The position numbers were made by a program, and so were the translations under genes. Source: Prevotella sp. (GTDB lineage Bacteria; Bacteroidota; Bacteroidia; Bacteroidales; Bacteroidaceae). From it: DNA of 64,000 nucleotides. This document shows, piece by piece, positions 18,768 through 29,350 of this stretch; the stretch's first letter is position 1; every line of letters begins with the position of its first letter. Below the pieces are notes generated by a model. That model did no database searches. It had not been told where the DNA came from and saw only the letters and a list, made by a program, of their open reading frames with translations. Where the stretch lies: contig JAILFH010000037.1 in NCBI GenBank assembly GCA_024697645.1, positions 7,338 to 71,337 on the forward strand, read 5' to 3'.

Positions 18768-19744
18768 TGTTCCACGAGATAATCGACCTGAGAGATGTCG
18801 AGTTGAGCACTCCTCACATTAGCGGGTTTCTCACGCAGGTAGATGTTACACTTATCAGAACTGCTTCCGGCAATTTCGTTGTAATCGGCCTCAACGCGGA
18901 ACTGATCAGCACGTATCGAACGATACTGGCGGGCTCCTGCAACAAAGCGAACCTTCACTCGAGAAGGGAATGTACGGAGAACCTTGCCCTCTGGCATGTT
19001 GACCGCCTCGATGGGCACTTCAACGCTCTCTTCAGTTAGAATATCGGGACAAACCGTCACCTTTACCTCATTAGGAACAATCTTGGCGCCCTTGATGGCC
19101 TTCAGTTTCACAGTGAGTTCGACCGTATCCTCTACGTTGAGAATACGCAGAGACTCGCTGTTGACAAAACGAATGCTGTCCATCAGATTTTTGCTGGCAT
19201 AGACCACAACATTGCTTGGACTGATGAGCGTATGGGCAATATATCGATTGTTAACTGCCTCAATTTGTCCTACTATACGAACGGGAACCTTCTTGGAAAT
19301 TCCGTGATTGTAGTAGAATTCCAGCCTATCGGGTTTCAGTGAGGTAATTCTCGACGAACCATAGAGATGCTGATAAATTTGCTTCTGAATATCGGCTGAA
19401 GGAATCTGTGCATACCCATTGTCCCTTGCTGTGTAGGTCTTATAATTGAAGAGAAGTGGCTGCAAGCCATCACCATACATATAGGTAGCAAGCGTGAAGC
19501 CTTTGTCGCGAACGGTGACGCGAACCGTATCATTCATCTCGGTCGTAATGACAACGTCGCGAGGCACATTGGTCAATTTGACCGGCACCTCAAATTCGCG
19601 CTCATAGGTCTCATTGAGCGCGGTGAGCAGCCAGAATGTTCCGGCCACAGCGAGAAAGAACAAAAAAATAAGGAACTCCCTATTCACAATACTGAACAGG
19701 AAGTTCCTTAATGCACGAAATATACTACGTACTTGTTCTTTCAT
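18764..19744 (-). CDS. YbbR/CdaR-like domain protein
   Basis: N-terminal TM then FEVPVKLTNVP repeats; located between yajC and coaE. Confidence 0.8.
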   Translation of the reverse strand: MKEQVRSIFRALRNFLFSIVNREFLIFLFFLAVAGTFWLLTALNETYEREFEVPVKLTNVPRDVVITTEMNDTVRVTVRDKGFTLATYMYGDGLQPLLFNYKTYTARDNGYAQIPSADIQKQIYQHLYGSSRITSLKPDRLEFYYNHGISKKVPVRIVGQIEAVNNRYIAHTLISPSNVVVYASKNLMDSIRFVNSESLRILNVEDTVELTVKLKAIKGAKIVPNEVKVTVCPDILTEESVEVPIEAVNMPEGKVLRTFPSRVKVRFVAGARQYRSIRADQFRVEADYNEIAGSSSDKCNIYLREKPANVRSAQLDISQVDYLVEQ

Positions 19745-19760
19745 CGGTTGCTCTTACTTG

Positions 19761-20090
19761 TTATGCATTACCGTTGTTGGGCTGTGCTGCACTGGCAAAC
19801 ACATAGCCTTTGTCGACAGTGATGACTACACCACGGGCAATCTCCACCTCAACAGTGTTCTCAGCAAGATTCACTCGCTTCACAGTTCCATGAACGCCAC
19901 CACCAGTTACAATTCTCGTACCTTCAGTAATTGAGTTCTGGAACTGACGGATTTCTTTCTGACGCTTCTGCTGTGGACGAATCATAAAGAACCACATGAT
20001 AGCAAAGATAGCAATCATCATCAGCAGCATCGACATACCGCCGCTACCGCCTTGTGCTGCTGCTTGTGCAGCAAGAAGGATTGTTGTCAT
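19761..20090 (-). CDS. yajC: Preprotein translocase subunit YajC
   Basis: MWFFMIRPQQKRQK, VTGGGVHG. Confidence 0.93.
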   Translation of the reverse strand: MTTILLAAQAAAQGGSGGMSMLLMMIAIFAIMWFFMIRPQQKRQKEIRQFQNSITEGTRIVTGGGVHGTVKRVNLAENTVEVEIARGVVITVDKGYVFASAAQPNNGNA

Positions 20091-20102
20091 AATACTTAAA
20101 AT

Positions 20103-21143
20103 TTATTCGTTTGAGTAATTTTCGTTGTCTATTTCTGTTTCTGTCTCAGTCTCCAAAGGTTCTTCGACCGGAGCATCTTCATGAGAACGAGGAGCAAATG
20201 TTCTCGGACGCGGACTATCGACAGCCTTCATCATCTTTCCCCTCTTCACAAGATAGCGGGCTATCGCATCAAGCATTCCGTTGATATAGCCACCACTCTT
20301 ATAGGTGCTATAGAGTTTTGCCAAATCAACATATTCGTTGATAGTTACGCTGACAGGCACATTCGGGAAAGTAAGCATCTCGGCAATGGCAATCTGCATG
20401 ATGACCACATCCATATAAGCCAGACGCGAGAAATCCCAGTTGCGTGAAGTCTCGCTCATGTAGCGCTGATACGTATCAGCATTGAGAATCGTAGCGCGGA
20501 ACAGTTTGCGGGCAAAATCCTTGTCCTCCTCATCCTTGTATTCGGGCAGAAGGTCCTGTCGCGAACTATTCTTCGGGTCGAAGCGCTTGATGGTCTTCAG
20601 TACAAACGTATCCACGACTTCCTTGTCGTCGTTCCAATAGAGACTCTTCTCTTCAAGTAACTGGTCGAGTTCTTCATTTTCCTGAATCAGTTGCTTGTAA
20701 AGTTTACGCCAAACCTCGCGGTCGGCTTCATAGGAGTCCTCGCTACTTTCCATATATTCCTGATAGGTAGCGCTCTCCTCAATGAGCATGCACAATTTGC
20801 GTACAAACTCGATGTTATCTTCCCAAGTTTGCTTCTGGGATTCTTTCCACTGACGCAACATCTTGTTATCCTCAAGTTGCGTTGCAAATTTGTTGTCGAT
20901 AAACTTTGTCGACGGGAACTCATTACCCTCGCGTTGGGCACGCTGCGTGGCAATTTCCACGCGGTGGCGTTCCTCTCTTGAAACGGCTACGATGAGTTCA
21001 AGCAAGAAATTGTACAGGTCGTATGCCTTTGAAAGACTGAAGAGCAGTTCCTTCTCAGCATTGTCCAGATTGCGGTTCCCATTCTGATAATAGGCATATA
21101 CCAACTGTACAATCTTGATTCGAATTAACTCGCGATTAATCAT
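20103..21143 (-). CDS. nusB: Transcription antitermination factor NusB (long Bacteroidetes form)
   Basis: MINRELIRIKIVQ..YAY, NWDFSRLA.MD, INEYVDLAKLYST..S..YINGMLD; start moved to ATG 21143. Confidence 0.93.
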   Translation of the reverse strand: MINRELIRIKIVQLVYAYYQNGNRNLDNAEKELLFSLSKAYDLYNFLLELIVAVSREERHRVEIATQRAQREGNEFPSTKFIDNKFATQLEDNKMLRQWKESQKQTWEDNIEFVRKLCMLIEESATYQEYMESSEDSYEADREVWRKLYKQLIQENEELDQLLEEKSLYWNDDKEVVDTFVLKTIKRFDPKNSSRQDLLPEYKDEEDKDFARKLFRATILNADTYQRYMSETSRNWDFSRLAYMDVVIMQIAIAEMLTFPNVPVSVTINEYVDLAKLYSTYKSGGYINGMLDAIARYLVKRGKMMKAVDSPRPRTFAPRSHEDAPVEEPLETETETEIDNENYSNE

Positions 21144-21379
21144 TTTACAATTATTATTTGTGTTCTCGATGTAATTACGAATGCAAAAATAGCAATTTTC
21201 CTCAGAATAAACAAGAAAAAAGAACAATTTTCTACTAGTTTTAGAAATTTTTCTTCGCAAAGCATTTCTTATTCACATTTTTTTCGTAACTTTGCAGCCG
21301 CTTTTTGAGCACATCGTGTGATGGCGAATTAAGGCATTCAAAATTATTAACAACTTAATTTAGAGTAACACAACAAGTT

Positions 21380-21979
21380 ATGAAAGAATTTACACTGAAC
21401 GGTCAGAAGCGTGAGACCGTAGGAAAGAAGGCTGCACGCCTACTGAGAAAAGAGGGTCTGATTCCCTGCAACATCTATGGTGAGAAGAAAGAAGACGGCA
21501 AGGTTGTTGCCGAGACTTTTACAATTGCAATGACTGACCTGCGCAAGGTTATCTACACTCCTCACATCTATGTAGTAAACCTCAACATCGAGGGTGAAGA
21601 GCGCAAGGCTGTCATCAAGGAACTCCAGTTCCATCCCGTTTCAGATGCAGTGCTGCACGTTGACTTCTATGAAGTGAACGAAGAGAAGCCCATCACCATT
21701 GGTATCCCCGTAAAACTGAACGGTCTGGCACAGGGTGTTCGCGACGGTGGTAAACTGAACCTTTCTATCCGCAAGATCAACGTTACTGCTCCCTATAAGC
21801 AGATTCCTGAGACTCTCGACATCGACGTTACAAACCTGGAACTCGGCAAGAGCATCAAGGTTCGCGACCTGAGTTTCGAAGGTCTGGAACTGGCTACATC
21901 TGGCGACGTAGTGGTTTGCTCTGTGAAGGCTACCCGTGCTTCGCGTTCTGCCGCTGCTGCCGAGGCTACTGAAGAGTAA
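21380..21979 (+). CDS. rplY: 50S ribosomal protein L25/Ctc
   Basis: [27 protein letters not shown]. Confidence 0.95.
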   Translation: MKEFTLNGQKRETVGKKAARLLRKEGLIPCNIYGEKKEDGKVVAETFTIAMTDLRKVIYTPHIYVVNLNIEGEERKAVIKELQFHPVSDAVLHVDFYEVNEEKPITIGIPVKLNGLAQGVRDGGKLNLSIRKINVTAPYKQIPETLDIDVTNLELGKSIKVRDLSFEGLELATSGDVVVCSVKATRASRSAAAAEATEE

Positions 21980-21996
21980 TCATCAGAACCAACTGT

Positions 21997-22632
21997 ATGG
22001 ACAAATACTTGATTGTGGGGTTGGGAAACCCTGGCGACCAGTACGCCGAGACCCGCCACAATGCTGGATACATGGTATTGGACGCTTTTGCGAAGGCGTC
22101 CAATATTGTTTTTGAAGACAAGCGCTATGGCTATCTAGCAGAGACAAGCATCAAGGGCCGAAAGGTATTCCTACTGAAACCCACAACATTCATGAATCTC
22201 TCGGGCAATGCGGTGCGCTATTGGCTCGGCAAGGAGAACATCGACCAGAGCAGATTGCTCGTGGTCAGTGATGAGGTGGCCGTACCGATTGGCCAGTTCC
22301 GTCTGAAAGCCAGTGGTTCCAACGGCGGACACAACGGACTTGGACACATACAGCAACTGATTGGCCAGAACTATGCCCGACTGCGTATGGGCATTGGCAA
22401 CGACTTCCCGATTGGGATGCAGATTGAGCATGTGCTCGGACGCTTTTCCGACGAAGAGCGCCAACTGCTTCAACCGGCCATTGATCTGGCCGTAGAAGTC
22501 ATCCGGAGTTTTGTACTTGCCGGCATCGATATCACCATGAACCAATACAACAAATTGGGAAAACAATGCAAGAAACCGCAAGAATCGACAAATGGCTCTG
22601 GGCAGCCCGAATCTTCAAAACCCGAAGCATAG
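21997..22632 (+). CDS. pth: Peptidyl-tRNA hydrolase
   Basis: [32 protein letters not shown]. Confidence 0.96.
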   Translation: MDKYLIVGLGNPGDQYAETRHNAGYMVLDAFAKASNIVFEDKRYGYLAETSIKGRKVFLLKPTTFMNLSGNAVRYWLGKENIDQSRLLVVSDEVAVPIGQFRLKASGSNGGHNGLGHIQQLIGQNYARLRMGIGNDFPIGMQIEHVLGRFSDEERQLLQPAIDLAVEVIRSFVLAGIDITMNQYNKLGKQCKKPQESTNGSGQPESSKPEA

Positions 22633-22982
22633 CCGTTGATGCTATCAAGAACGGACGAGTCACCATTGAGGGCGTCAACGTGAAACCCAGCCGAATGGTA
22701 AAAGTCGGTGAGGTGGTGAACGTGAGGAAACCGCCGGTGACCTACTCGTTCCGCATCTTGAAAACCATCGAACAACGTGTCGGGGCAAAACTGCTGCCTG
22801 AGATTTACGAGAACGTCACTGACCCGCAACAGTATGAACTGCTGGAAATGAGTCGTATCAGTGGATTTGTTGACCGCGCCAGAGGCACTGGCCGCCCAAC
22901 GAAGAAGGAACGCCGCGCAATGGATGCATTCGTCGACCCTACCCTATTTGGTTTCGGCGATTTTGATGACGACGACGAATAG
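22566..22982 (+). CDS. hslR: RNA-binding S4 domain protein (Hsp15)
   Basis: [25 protein letters not shown]. Confidence 0.9.
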   Translation: MQETARIDKWLWAARIFKTRSIAVDAIKNGRVTIEGVNVKPSRMVKVGEVVNVRKPPVTYSFRILKTIEQRVGAKLLPEIYENVTDPQQYELLEMSRISGFVDRARGTGRPTKKERRAMDAFVDPTLFGFGDFDDDDE

Positions 22983-23140
22983 TCTTCAGTAAGGTTTCGG
23001 AAACTCATCCATCTTTCAAACCTTATGTCCTTCATTCATTATTGAATCCAGACATTACTTAAATAACTGAACAGGAGAACAAGAGTACTCATATTTCCTC
23101 TTGCTCTCCTGTTCTATTTTTATCTGTTTCTGCGTTTGGT

Positions 23141-26131
23141 TTAGAATCCACCAGGGCCACCGAAGCCGCCACCAGGACGACCGCCGCCAAAGCCTCCACC
23201 GCCACGATTGCCACCTCGGTTACCTCCGCCGCGATTACCTTCGCGTCCGCCAGGACCACCGAAACCGCCCATTCCGCGACGTGCTTCCTTACCACCAAAG
23301 GCATTGAAGCGGTAAATGACGTGAAGCATCGCATAGGAGTTGATGGAGTTGTACCAAGTATCGGTTCTCGACATTGCAGAGAGTTGACGGCTAAAGTTGG
23401 TCTGCTCGTGCAGAATATCGTAGAACTGCAGCATCAACGTGAGATTGCGTCCCTTCAGGAAGGTCTGCGAAATCTGAGCATTCCACAACAGTTCGTTGGT
23501 GTTCATCGACTGATCGTTGTAGCCGCGACGACTGCGCTCGTGAATATCCATTGCAATCGATGTACCCCAAGGTGCAGTGATATTCATTGATCCACCATAA
23601 GAGAAACTCCAGGTGTCGAGATTGGCCTGTGACTGCAGTTTGTTGCGGGCGTGACTATAGTTGACCATTCCATCCAGTTCGAACTCAGTCATCCACTCAC
23701 CAATAACGGGTCGGAAACTCAAACCGAGACGCTCGCTGACGGTTGTCTCCTTCGTCGTGTTCTTCTGCGACGACGAAGTACGGTCGAGCGTCACGTAACC
23801 TACGTGGTTATTGTAGCCAAAGTTCGTGAACGTATTGATGTTCCAGACACCCACTGTGTCGATAGCCATATTGAACATTCCACCCACGCTAGCATTCCAG
23901 TTGCCGTTGATATTCTCCGGACGTGTCGTACGACCACCCGTCTGCTCATTGTAGGTCACCATCGACGAAATCGAATTGTTGGTCGTCGAGAAGCGCACGA
24001 ATGCCATTTCAGTCATCATGTGATGCTGCTGGTAGCCGTTGAAATAGACGTTCATCGACTGCGTGAACGACGGCTTCAAACCGGGATTACCACGCGAGAT
24101 GTTCAGCGGGTCGCTGTCATCGTAGATATCGAGCAACTGCGTCATTGAAGGTTGGGAAGTCGAACCACGATAGTTGACACGCAGATTCGAAACCTTTGAG
24201 AAACGATAGCGGAAATCAAGGGTCGGCGTCACATTGAACACAGTGCGGGTTGTGTCGACATAGATGCCCTGATAGTCCTGAATGAATTTCGAGACCTGCG
24301 GCTGCATCATCACACCCACATTGAAATTGTATTTCTCGCGAATCATGCGGAACATCAACTCAATGTTATGAGTGTAGTTCTTATATTCCGAATAGCGACT
24401 CAACGAAGAATCGCGATAGGCCTCGTAAGGATGAGAAAGGCGAGTCAGATAGTCATCCCACTGACGATAGGTAGGAGTCAGTCCGCTGAAGAAATCCTCA
24501 CCAAGATTCGAGAAGTCGAATGTCTGGCGATCGCTCTTGTTGAACGAGTAGTTGAAGCGATAACTGAACTGTAGGAATGTGGCTCTCCAAAGGGGCTCGC
24601 TATAGGTCGTCTGCAACGTATAGTTGAAACTCTTGGTAGGTGCGAGATTGTAGCGGTTGGTCTGATAGGTAGAGTCAACGCCCAACTGATTCAGCACCTG
24701 ATAGAGGTGCACATTGTTGGTAGAAAGACTTGTCGATTCACCATCGGTATAACTCACCTCGCCTCTCAACGTCAAGTTACGACCCTTCGAGCCAAACTTA
24801 CGGTTTAACTGCAACGTGGCACGATAGCGCTCGGAGTCGCTGTAGTTGATACCGCTATTGTTGCGAGAGTTCACCATCAGGCTGTCTGAAGCCAGCAAAG
24901 CGATACTCTCAACGGCAAGCGGGTCAACAACATATAAATAAGGATCTTCCTTATAACTGGCCGAATTGCTCCACGAGCGACCATCGCTCTTCGAAATCTG
25001 GACATTCGGACGGAACATGATGTTGGTCATTGTGTCAGGAGTCCACTCCAGACGGCCCTGCATGCTCCACGAATCCGAACGAGAATAGTTCTGTGAATTG
25101 CTGTTCGAGAAAGCGCCATTCAGCGAAACGAAGTTCTCACTCGAGCGTTCCGTATGCGAGTCACCGTCGCTATGGTTCCAACGCACCGAAGCATCGGCCT
25201 TGAGTACGTCCTTCTTCTCATAGTTGAAGTTTGTACCAGCCATCTTCGAAGAATTCAGTCCCGTGTTGCCACGACCACCGCCTCCACGACCGCCAAAGCC
25301 ACGATCGCCAGTGTTGTTGGCATTACCCATAGCCATTACGCGCCAGTCTTCCTTAGTATACATTCCCATCACGCGGCCCGTATAGCGGTCGTGTGTACCA
25401 ACACCAACGTCGCCGTTAGCCATGAATCCCTTGTTCATGCCGCGCTTAATGGTGAAGTCGAGCGTGGTTTCTTCGTTTCCGTCATCAATACCCGTAATGC
25501 GTGACAGGTCGCTTTTCTCGTCATATACCTTAATATTCTCAATAATCGACGTGGGCAGGTTCTTCATCGCCGTCTGTGTGTCGCCGGTCATGAATTCCTT
25601 ACCGCCGACCTTCACTTTCTTCACTTCCTTACCGTTGATGGTAATCTTACCGTCATCGTCGACCTGAGCACCAGGAATGCGCTTCACCAACTCTTCTGCC
25701 ACAGAGCCTTCCGGTACGCGATAGGCAGCAGAATTATAAATAAAGGTGTCTTCGCGCAGAACAACCTTCTGTGCAAGGGCTGTCACCTCTGTACCTTTCA
25801 GCATGACTGCATCGCTGTTCATCACGAGAGTTCCCATAACCAAATCATGGTTATCGACTATCTCCAGTTTCTTCAACTGCGCCTCATATCCAATGCTCGT
25901 AATCTTCAGCAGATATTTGTCGTTCGCCGGGGCCACGACAGAAAACTTGCCATCGTCGCCCGACACAGTTCCGCCAACAAATGCTGAATCGGTTTTCAAC
26001 AATTGTATCGTCACCTGCGGAATGGGTTCTTTCGTATCGCGGTCGATAAGCGTGCCGGAAATCTTACGCTCCTGTGCAAAAGAAAATGCTGCTACGAACG
26101 TCAGCAGCAGCATGAATAGCGATCGTTTCAT
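23141..26131 (-). CDS. Large outer-membrane beta-barrel protein with N-terminal carboxypeptidase-regulatory-like domain and Gly/Arg-rich tail
   Basis: Signal peptide, DTFIYNSAAY..PEGS.AEELVKRIPG, DPLNISRGNP.LKP; start moved to ATG 26131. Confidence 0.8.
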   Translation of the reverse strand: MKRSLFMLLLTFVAAFSFAQERKISGTLIDRDTKEPIPQVTIQLLKTDSAFVGGTVSGDDGKFSVVAPANDKYLLKITSIGYEAQLKKLEIVDNHDLVMGTLVMNSDAVMLKGTEVTALAQKVVLREDTFIYNSAAYRVPEGSVAEELVKRIPGAQVDDDGKITINGKEVKKVKVGGKEFMTGDTQTAMKNLPTSIIENIKVYDEKSDLSRITGIDDGNEETTLDFTIKRGMNKGFMANGDVGVGTHDRYTGRVMGMYTKEDWRVMAMGNANNTGDRGFGGRGGGGRGNTGLNSSKMAGTNFNYEKKDVLKADASVRWNHSDGDSHTERSSENFVSLNGAFSNSNSQNYSRSDSWSMQGRLEWTPDTMTNIMFRPNVQISKSDGRSWSNSASYKEDPYLYVVDPLAVESIALLASDSLMVNSRNNSGINYSDSERYRATLQLNRKFGSKGRNLTLRGEVSYTDGESTSLSTNNVHLYQVLNQLGVDSTYQTNRYNLAPTKSFNYTLQTTYSEPLWRATFLQFSYRFNYSFNKSDRQTFDFSNLGEDFFSGLTPTYRQWDDYLTRLSHPYEAYRDSSLSRYSEYKNYTHNIELMFRMIREKYNFNVGVMMQPQVSKFIQDYQGIYVDTTRTVFNVTPTLDFRYRFSKVSNLRVNYRGSTSQPSMTQLLDIYDDSDPLNISRGNPGLKPSFTQSMNVYFNGYQQHHMMTEMAFVRFSTTNNSISSMVTYNEQTGGRTTRPENINGNWNASVGGMFNMAIDTVGVWNINTFTNFGYNNHVGYVTLDRTSSSQKNTTKETTVSERLGLSFRPVIGEWMTEFELDGMVNYSHARNKLQSQANLDTWSFSYGGSMNITAPWGTSIAMDIHERSRRGYNDQSMNTNELLWNAQISQTFLKGRNLTLMLQFYDILHEQTNFSRQLSAMSRTDTWYNSINSYAMLHVIYRFNAFGGKEARRGMGGFGGPGGREGNRGGGNRGGNRGGGGFGGGRPGGGFGGPGGF

Positions 26132-26249
26132 ATTGACTGTTGTTATCTTGTTTCTGCTATTTTGACGCAAATTTACCCAAAGGGTTTAATCGACACTCAT
26201 TTTTTATTTCTCTCCCCTCTTGTCTCTCTCGATTTCTTAAATAACGAGA

Positions 26250-26592
26250 AAGACCTACCGACCTACCATAACCACTCGCAAACCCCGATGGATAAAGGGC
26301 TGAAGGCATGGTAGGTCTTTCTACAACACCTACCATAGACCTACCATAAGACCTACCATCAAACACCCACAGACGTTCATGAATACTACTCTAAAATTAT
26401 TTCCAAAGCCTCTTTTGGAGTCTATAATCTCACACTTTATTCATATAATAATTAAAGTTGCAAGAAGCAAAAAACAAAAGCATTATGGTAGGTCTATGGT
26501 AGGAGCATGGTAGGTGTGCCAAAAAGACCTACCATGCTTCAACCCCTTTGTCAGAAGGCATTTGCGAGGGGTTATGGTAGGATGGTAGGTGT
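26250..26592. mobile_element. Non-coding inverted-repeat element (MITE/REPIN-like) with ~110-bp imperfect arms built of CCTACC(AT) units
   Basis: Arm 26250-26360 is the reverse complement of arm 26483-26592 with scattered mismatches; 12 CCTACC/GGTAGG units; AT-rich core; no transposase and no clear TSD. Confidence 0.6.
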
Positions 26593-26631
26593 TAATAGAT
26601 AAAAATCCTTTTGGAAACATGCTGCCCATAG

Positions 26632-26800
26632 AAAGTGTTCCTTTTTACCTTACAAAGCAGGTCTTTCTACCATACAAACCATTCGTTTATACCCCTATAA
26701 AGCACGTCTTTCTAGGATAGAAAGGACATCTCTTTAGGGTCGAAAGCATTGCTTTACAAGGTCGAAAGCAATCCTTTGCAAAGTCAATTGCATTGCTTTG
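26632..26800. repeat. Degenerate 22-bp periodic tandem array, ~8 units (copy B)
   Basis: Unit starts at 26632, 26654, 26676, 26699, 26721, 26743, 26765, 26787; shares taccttacaaagca and tttatacccctataaagca with copy A. Confidence 0.8.
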
Positions 26801-26904
26801 TTAATAACTCGCTCCTTATCTATAATATAGCACCTTCATTTTCAAAATGAGGAAAAATTGAAAATCATTTGGCGTTTTTTCTGTTTTTTTGTAATTTTGT
26901 ACCG

Positions 26905-27966
26905 ATGAAACAGAGTATTATCTTTTCCCAAAACCTCGAGCACGATCTACAATGCCAGATTGATGCTTGCAAGCCCGACCGACTGTTTGTGCTGACCGAT
27001 GCGAACACGCACATCAACTGCTATCCAGTTGTAAAAGGGTTCGAATGTCTGCAGAATGCAAATCTGATTACGATTCCTGCCGGCGACACCAACAAAAATC
27101 TCGACAGTATCAGCCATGTTTGGCAGCAACTGCAAGAAGGTGGTGCCACTCGCCACTCTATGCTTGTCAACCTTGGAGGCGGCATGCTCACCGATCTTGG
27201 TGGATTCGCGGCAAGCACCTTCAAGCGAGGCATCAGTTTTGTCAACATACCTACAACGCTTCTGGCTATGGTCGACGCATCTGTAGGAGGGAAAACGGGC
27301 ATCAATTTCCTCGGTTTCAAGAACGAGATTGGTGTATTCAGTGAGGCTCAGGCAGTCATCATCGATACTCAGTTTCTTCGTACGCTCGACCACGAAAATC
27401 TCTTTTCAGGTTATGCAGAAATGCTCAAACATGCCCTGATAGCAGACGAGTCGATGTGGTCCGAACATTTACTATTCCTACTCGACGAAATACAACAACC
27501 CGATAATCTCCAGCGCCTGCAACAACTCATTGAAGAGTCGGTTGCCGTCAAGGAGCGCATTGTCACTGAAGACCCCCATGAACAGGGGCTTCGCAAGGCA
27601 TTGAACCTGGGACATACCTTCGGGCACGCACTCGAGGAATGGAGTCTGAAGCAACCGTCCCCACTCCTTCACGGTTATGCTGTGGCTCACGGCCTTATCT
27701 GCGAACTCTATCTGAGCGCTGTTAAGTGCGGTTTTCCAACTGATAAGTTCCGACAAACGGTCACATTCATCCGTGAGCATTATGGAACATCGGGTATCAC
27801 TTGTCGCGACTATCCCGAATTGCTACAACTGATGACCCACGACAAAAAGAACATTGCTGGTACCATCAATTTCACGCTTCTTGCCAATATTGGTGATTTG
27901 AGGCTGAACCAGACTGCTTCTGACGAAGAAATCCGTGAGGCATTGGACTTCCTTCGCGAAGGCTAA
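26905..27966 (+). CDS. aroB: 3-dehydroquinate synthase
   Basis: GGGMLTDLGGF, PTTLLAMVDASVGGKTGIN, LNLGHTFGHALE, DKKN; start moved to ATG 26905. Confidence 0.96.
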   Translation: MKQSIIFSQNLEHDLQCQIDACKPDRLFVLTDANTHINCYPVVKGFECLQNANLITIPAGDTNKNLDSISHVWQQLQEGGATRHSMLVNLGGGMLTDLGGFAASTFKRGISFVNIPTTLLAMVDASVGGKTGINFLGFKNEIGVFSEAQAVIIDTQFLRTLDHENLFSGYAEMLKHALIADESMWSEHLLFLLDEIQQPDNLQRLQQLIEESVAVKERIVTEDPHEQGLRKALNLGHTFGHALEEWSLKQPSPLLHGYAVAHGLICELYLSAVKCGFPTDKFRQTVTFIREHYGTSGITCRDYPELLQLMTHDKKNIAGTINFTLLANIGDLRLNQTASDEEIREALDFLREG

Positions 27967-28077
27967 ATGCACGCTGGACAAGAATTGCCATTTCTGCAAG
28001 ATTTCAATACAGAAGAAAGTTCATCGCCTATTATCATTCATCAACTTAAAACTCATCAACAAAAATATCCGACACAC

Positions 28078-29094
28078 ATGAAAAAAATCTTTGCCACTCT
28101 CATGTTTCTGGCAACATTCTGCCTGCAAACCAATGCCCAAATTTATAGCGGAAACCCCATTCTAACGGGCTTTCACGCCGATCCTGAGGTGATGTACTCA
28201 AACCTCACGCAGCGTTATTACATCTACTCCACTACCGACGGCGTTCCTGGATGGGGAGGCTGGTATTTCACCGTATTTTCTTCCGATGACCTTGTCCATT
28301 GGCGCTATGACGGAATGTGCCTCAACCTGCCTCGTGATACGAAATGGGCAAGCGGCAACGCATGGGCTCCTGCTATCGAAGAAAAACTCATCGATGGCAA
28401 ATATCGCTATTTTTTCTATTATAGTGGAGAAACTGGTCACGGCAAAGCCATTGGAGTAGCCATGAGCGACCGCCCAGAAGGCCCTTTTGTCGATCTCGGT
28501 CACCCCATCGTTGATCATCGCCCACAGGGAGTTCGTGGCGGTCAGCAGATTGATGTTGATGTGTTTACAGATCCTGATACTGGCAAGTCTTATCTCTATT
28601 GGGGAAATGGCTATATGGCAGGTGCTGAACTCAATGCCGACATGACTTCCATCAAAGAGGAAACGACTACAGTTCTGACTCCAAAGGGCGGAACTCTTGA
28701 GGACTATGCCTATCGTGAGGGAACCTATGTGTTCAAGCGTAACGGAACCTACTATTTCCTCTGGTCGGTCGACGATACTGGCGCCGCAAACTATCATGTG
28801 GCTTACGGAACCAGTTCCTCACCTCTTGGGCCAATCACTGTTGCCTCAGAGCCTGTCATCCTGCAGCAAAATCCTGAGTTGGAAATGTATGGAACTGCGC
28901 ACAATAGTGTACTCCAAATTCCCGGTCGTGACGAATGGTATTTTGTCTATCATCGCATCAATCCAGACTACCTCCAGCGCGACCGTGGACCTGGCTTCCA
29001 TCGTCAGGTTTGTATCGACCAACTCAATTTCAACCCCGATGGGACCATAAAAGTCACACGTCCTTCTCGTCACGGCGTGCCAGCATTGCGCTGA
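28078..29094 (+). CDS. GH43 beta-xylosidase/arabinofuranosidase family
   Basis: Signal peptide, HADPE, WAPA, IDVDVF.D, YREG; start moved to ATG 28078. Confidence 0.9.
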   Translation: MKKIFATLMFLATFCLQTNAQIYSGNPILTGFHADPEVMYSNLTQRYYIYSTTDGVPGWGGWYFTVFSSDDLVHWRYDGMCLNLPRDTKWASGNAWAPAIEEKLIDGKYRYFFYYSGETGHGKAIGVAMSDRPEGPFVDLGHPIVDHRPQGVRGGQQIDVDVFTDPDTGKSYLYWGNGYMAGAELNADMTSIKEETTTVLTPKGGTLEDYAYREGTYVFKRNGTYYFLWSVDDTGAANYHVAYGTSSSPLGPITVASEPVILQQNPELEMYGTAHNSVLQIPGRDEWYFVYHRINPDYLQRDRGPGFHRQVCIDQLNFNPDGTIKVTRPSRHGVPALR

Positions 29095-29167
29095 CACGAC
29101 CGTGGTAAACATTAAATAACCTTCCAAAATACCACAAAAAACACAATTTCATAATCTCATTTTTGTA

Positions 29168-29245
29168 TTTTTGGGACAAAATTTTGTAAATTTGGAACAA
29201 TTTACCAAACTTTCTTGCAAGTTTCAGGAAAATTGTGTAATTTTG
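29168..29245 (+). promoter_or_regulatory. Promoter of module 1 with upstream 14-bp quasi-palindrome
   Basis: TTTTTGGGACAAAA 29168-81; TTG 29215-17; TAATTTTG 29238-45 (20-nt spacer). Confidence 0.65.
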
Positions 29246-29350
29246 TACTAATAATATATATGATGAGCACGCATTGGAAAAATGCTACTCGAGATAAAAC
29301 TAGTTTCAGTTATTTACAAATATTTTTCAAATTTAAATAAAATAGAGCTT

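Noticed and set aside
21287-21379. Structured L25 autoregulatory leader
   Set aside because: Only short, weak stems can be drawn; unsupported without covariation data
26157-26366. 69-aa ORF across the inverted-repeat arm
   Set aside because: Product of the repeat units; no coding signature
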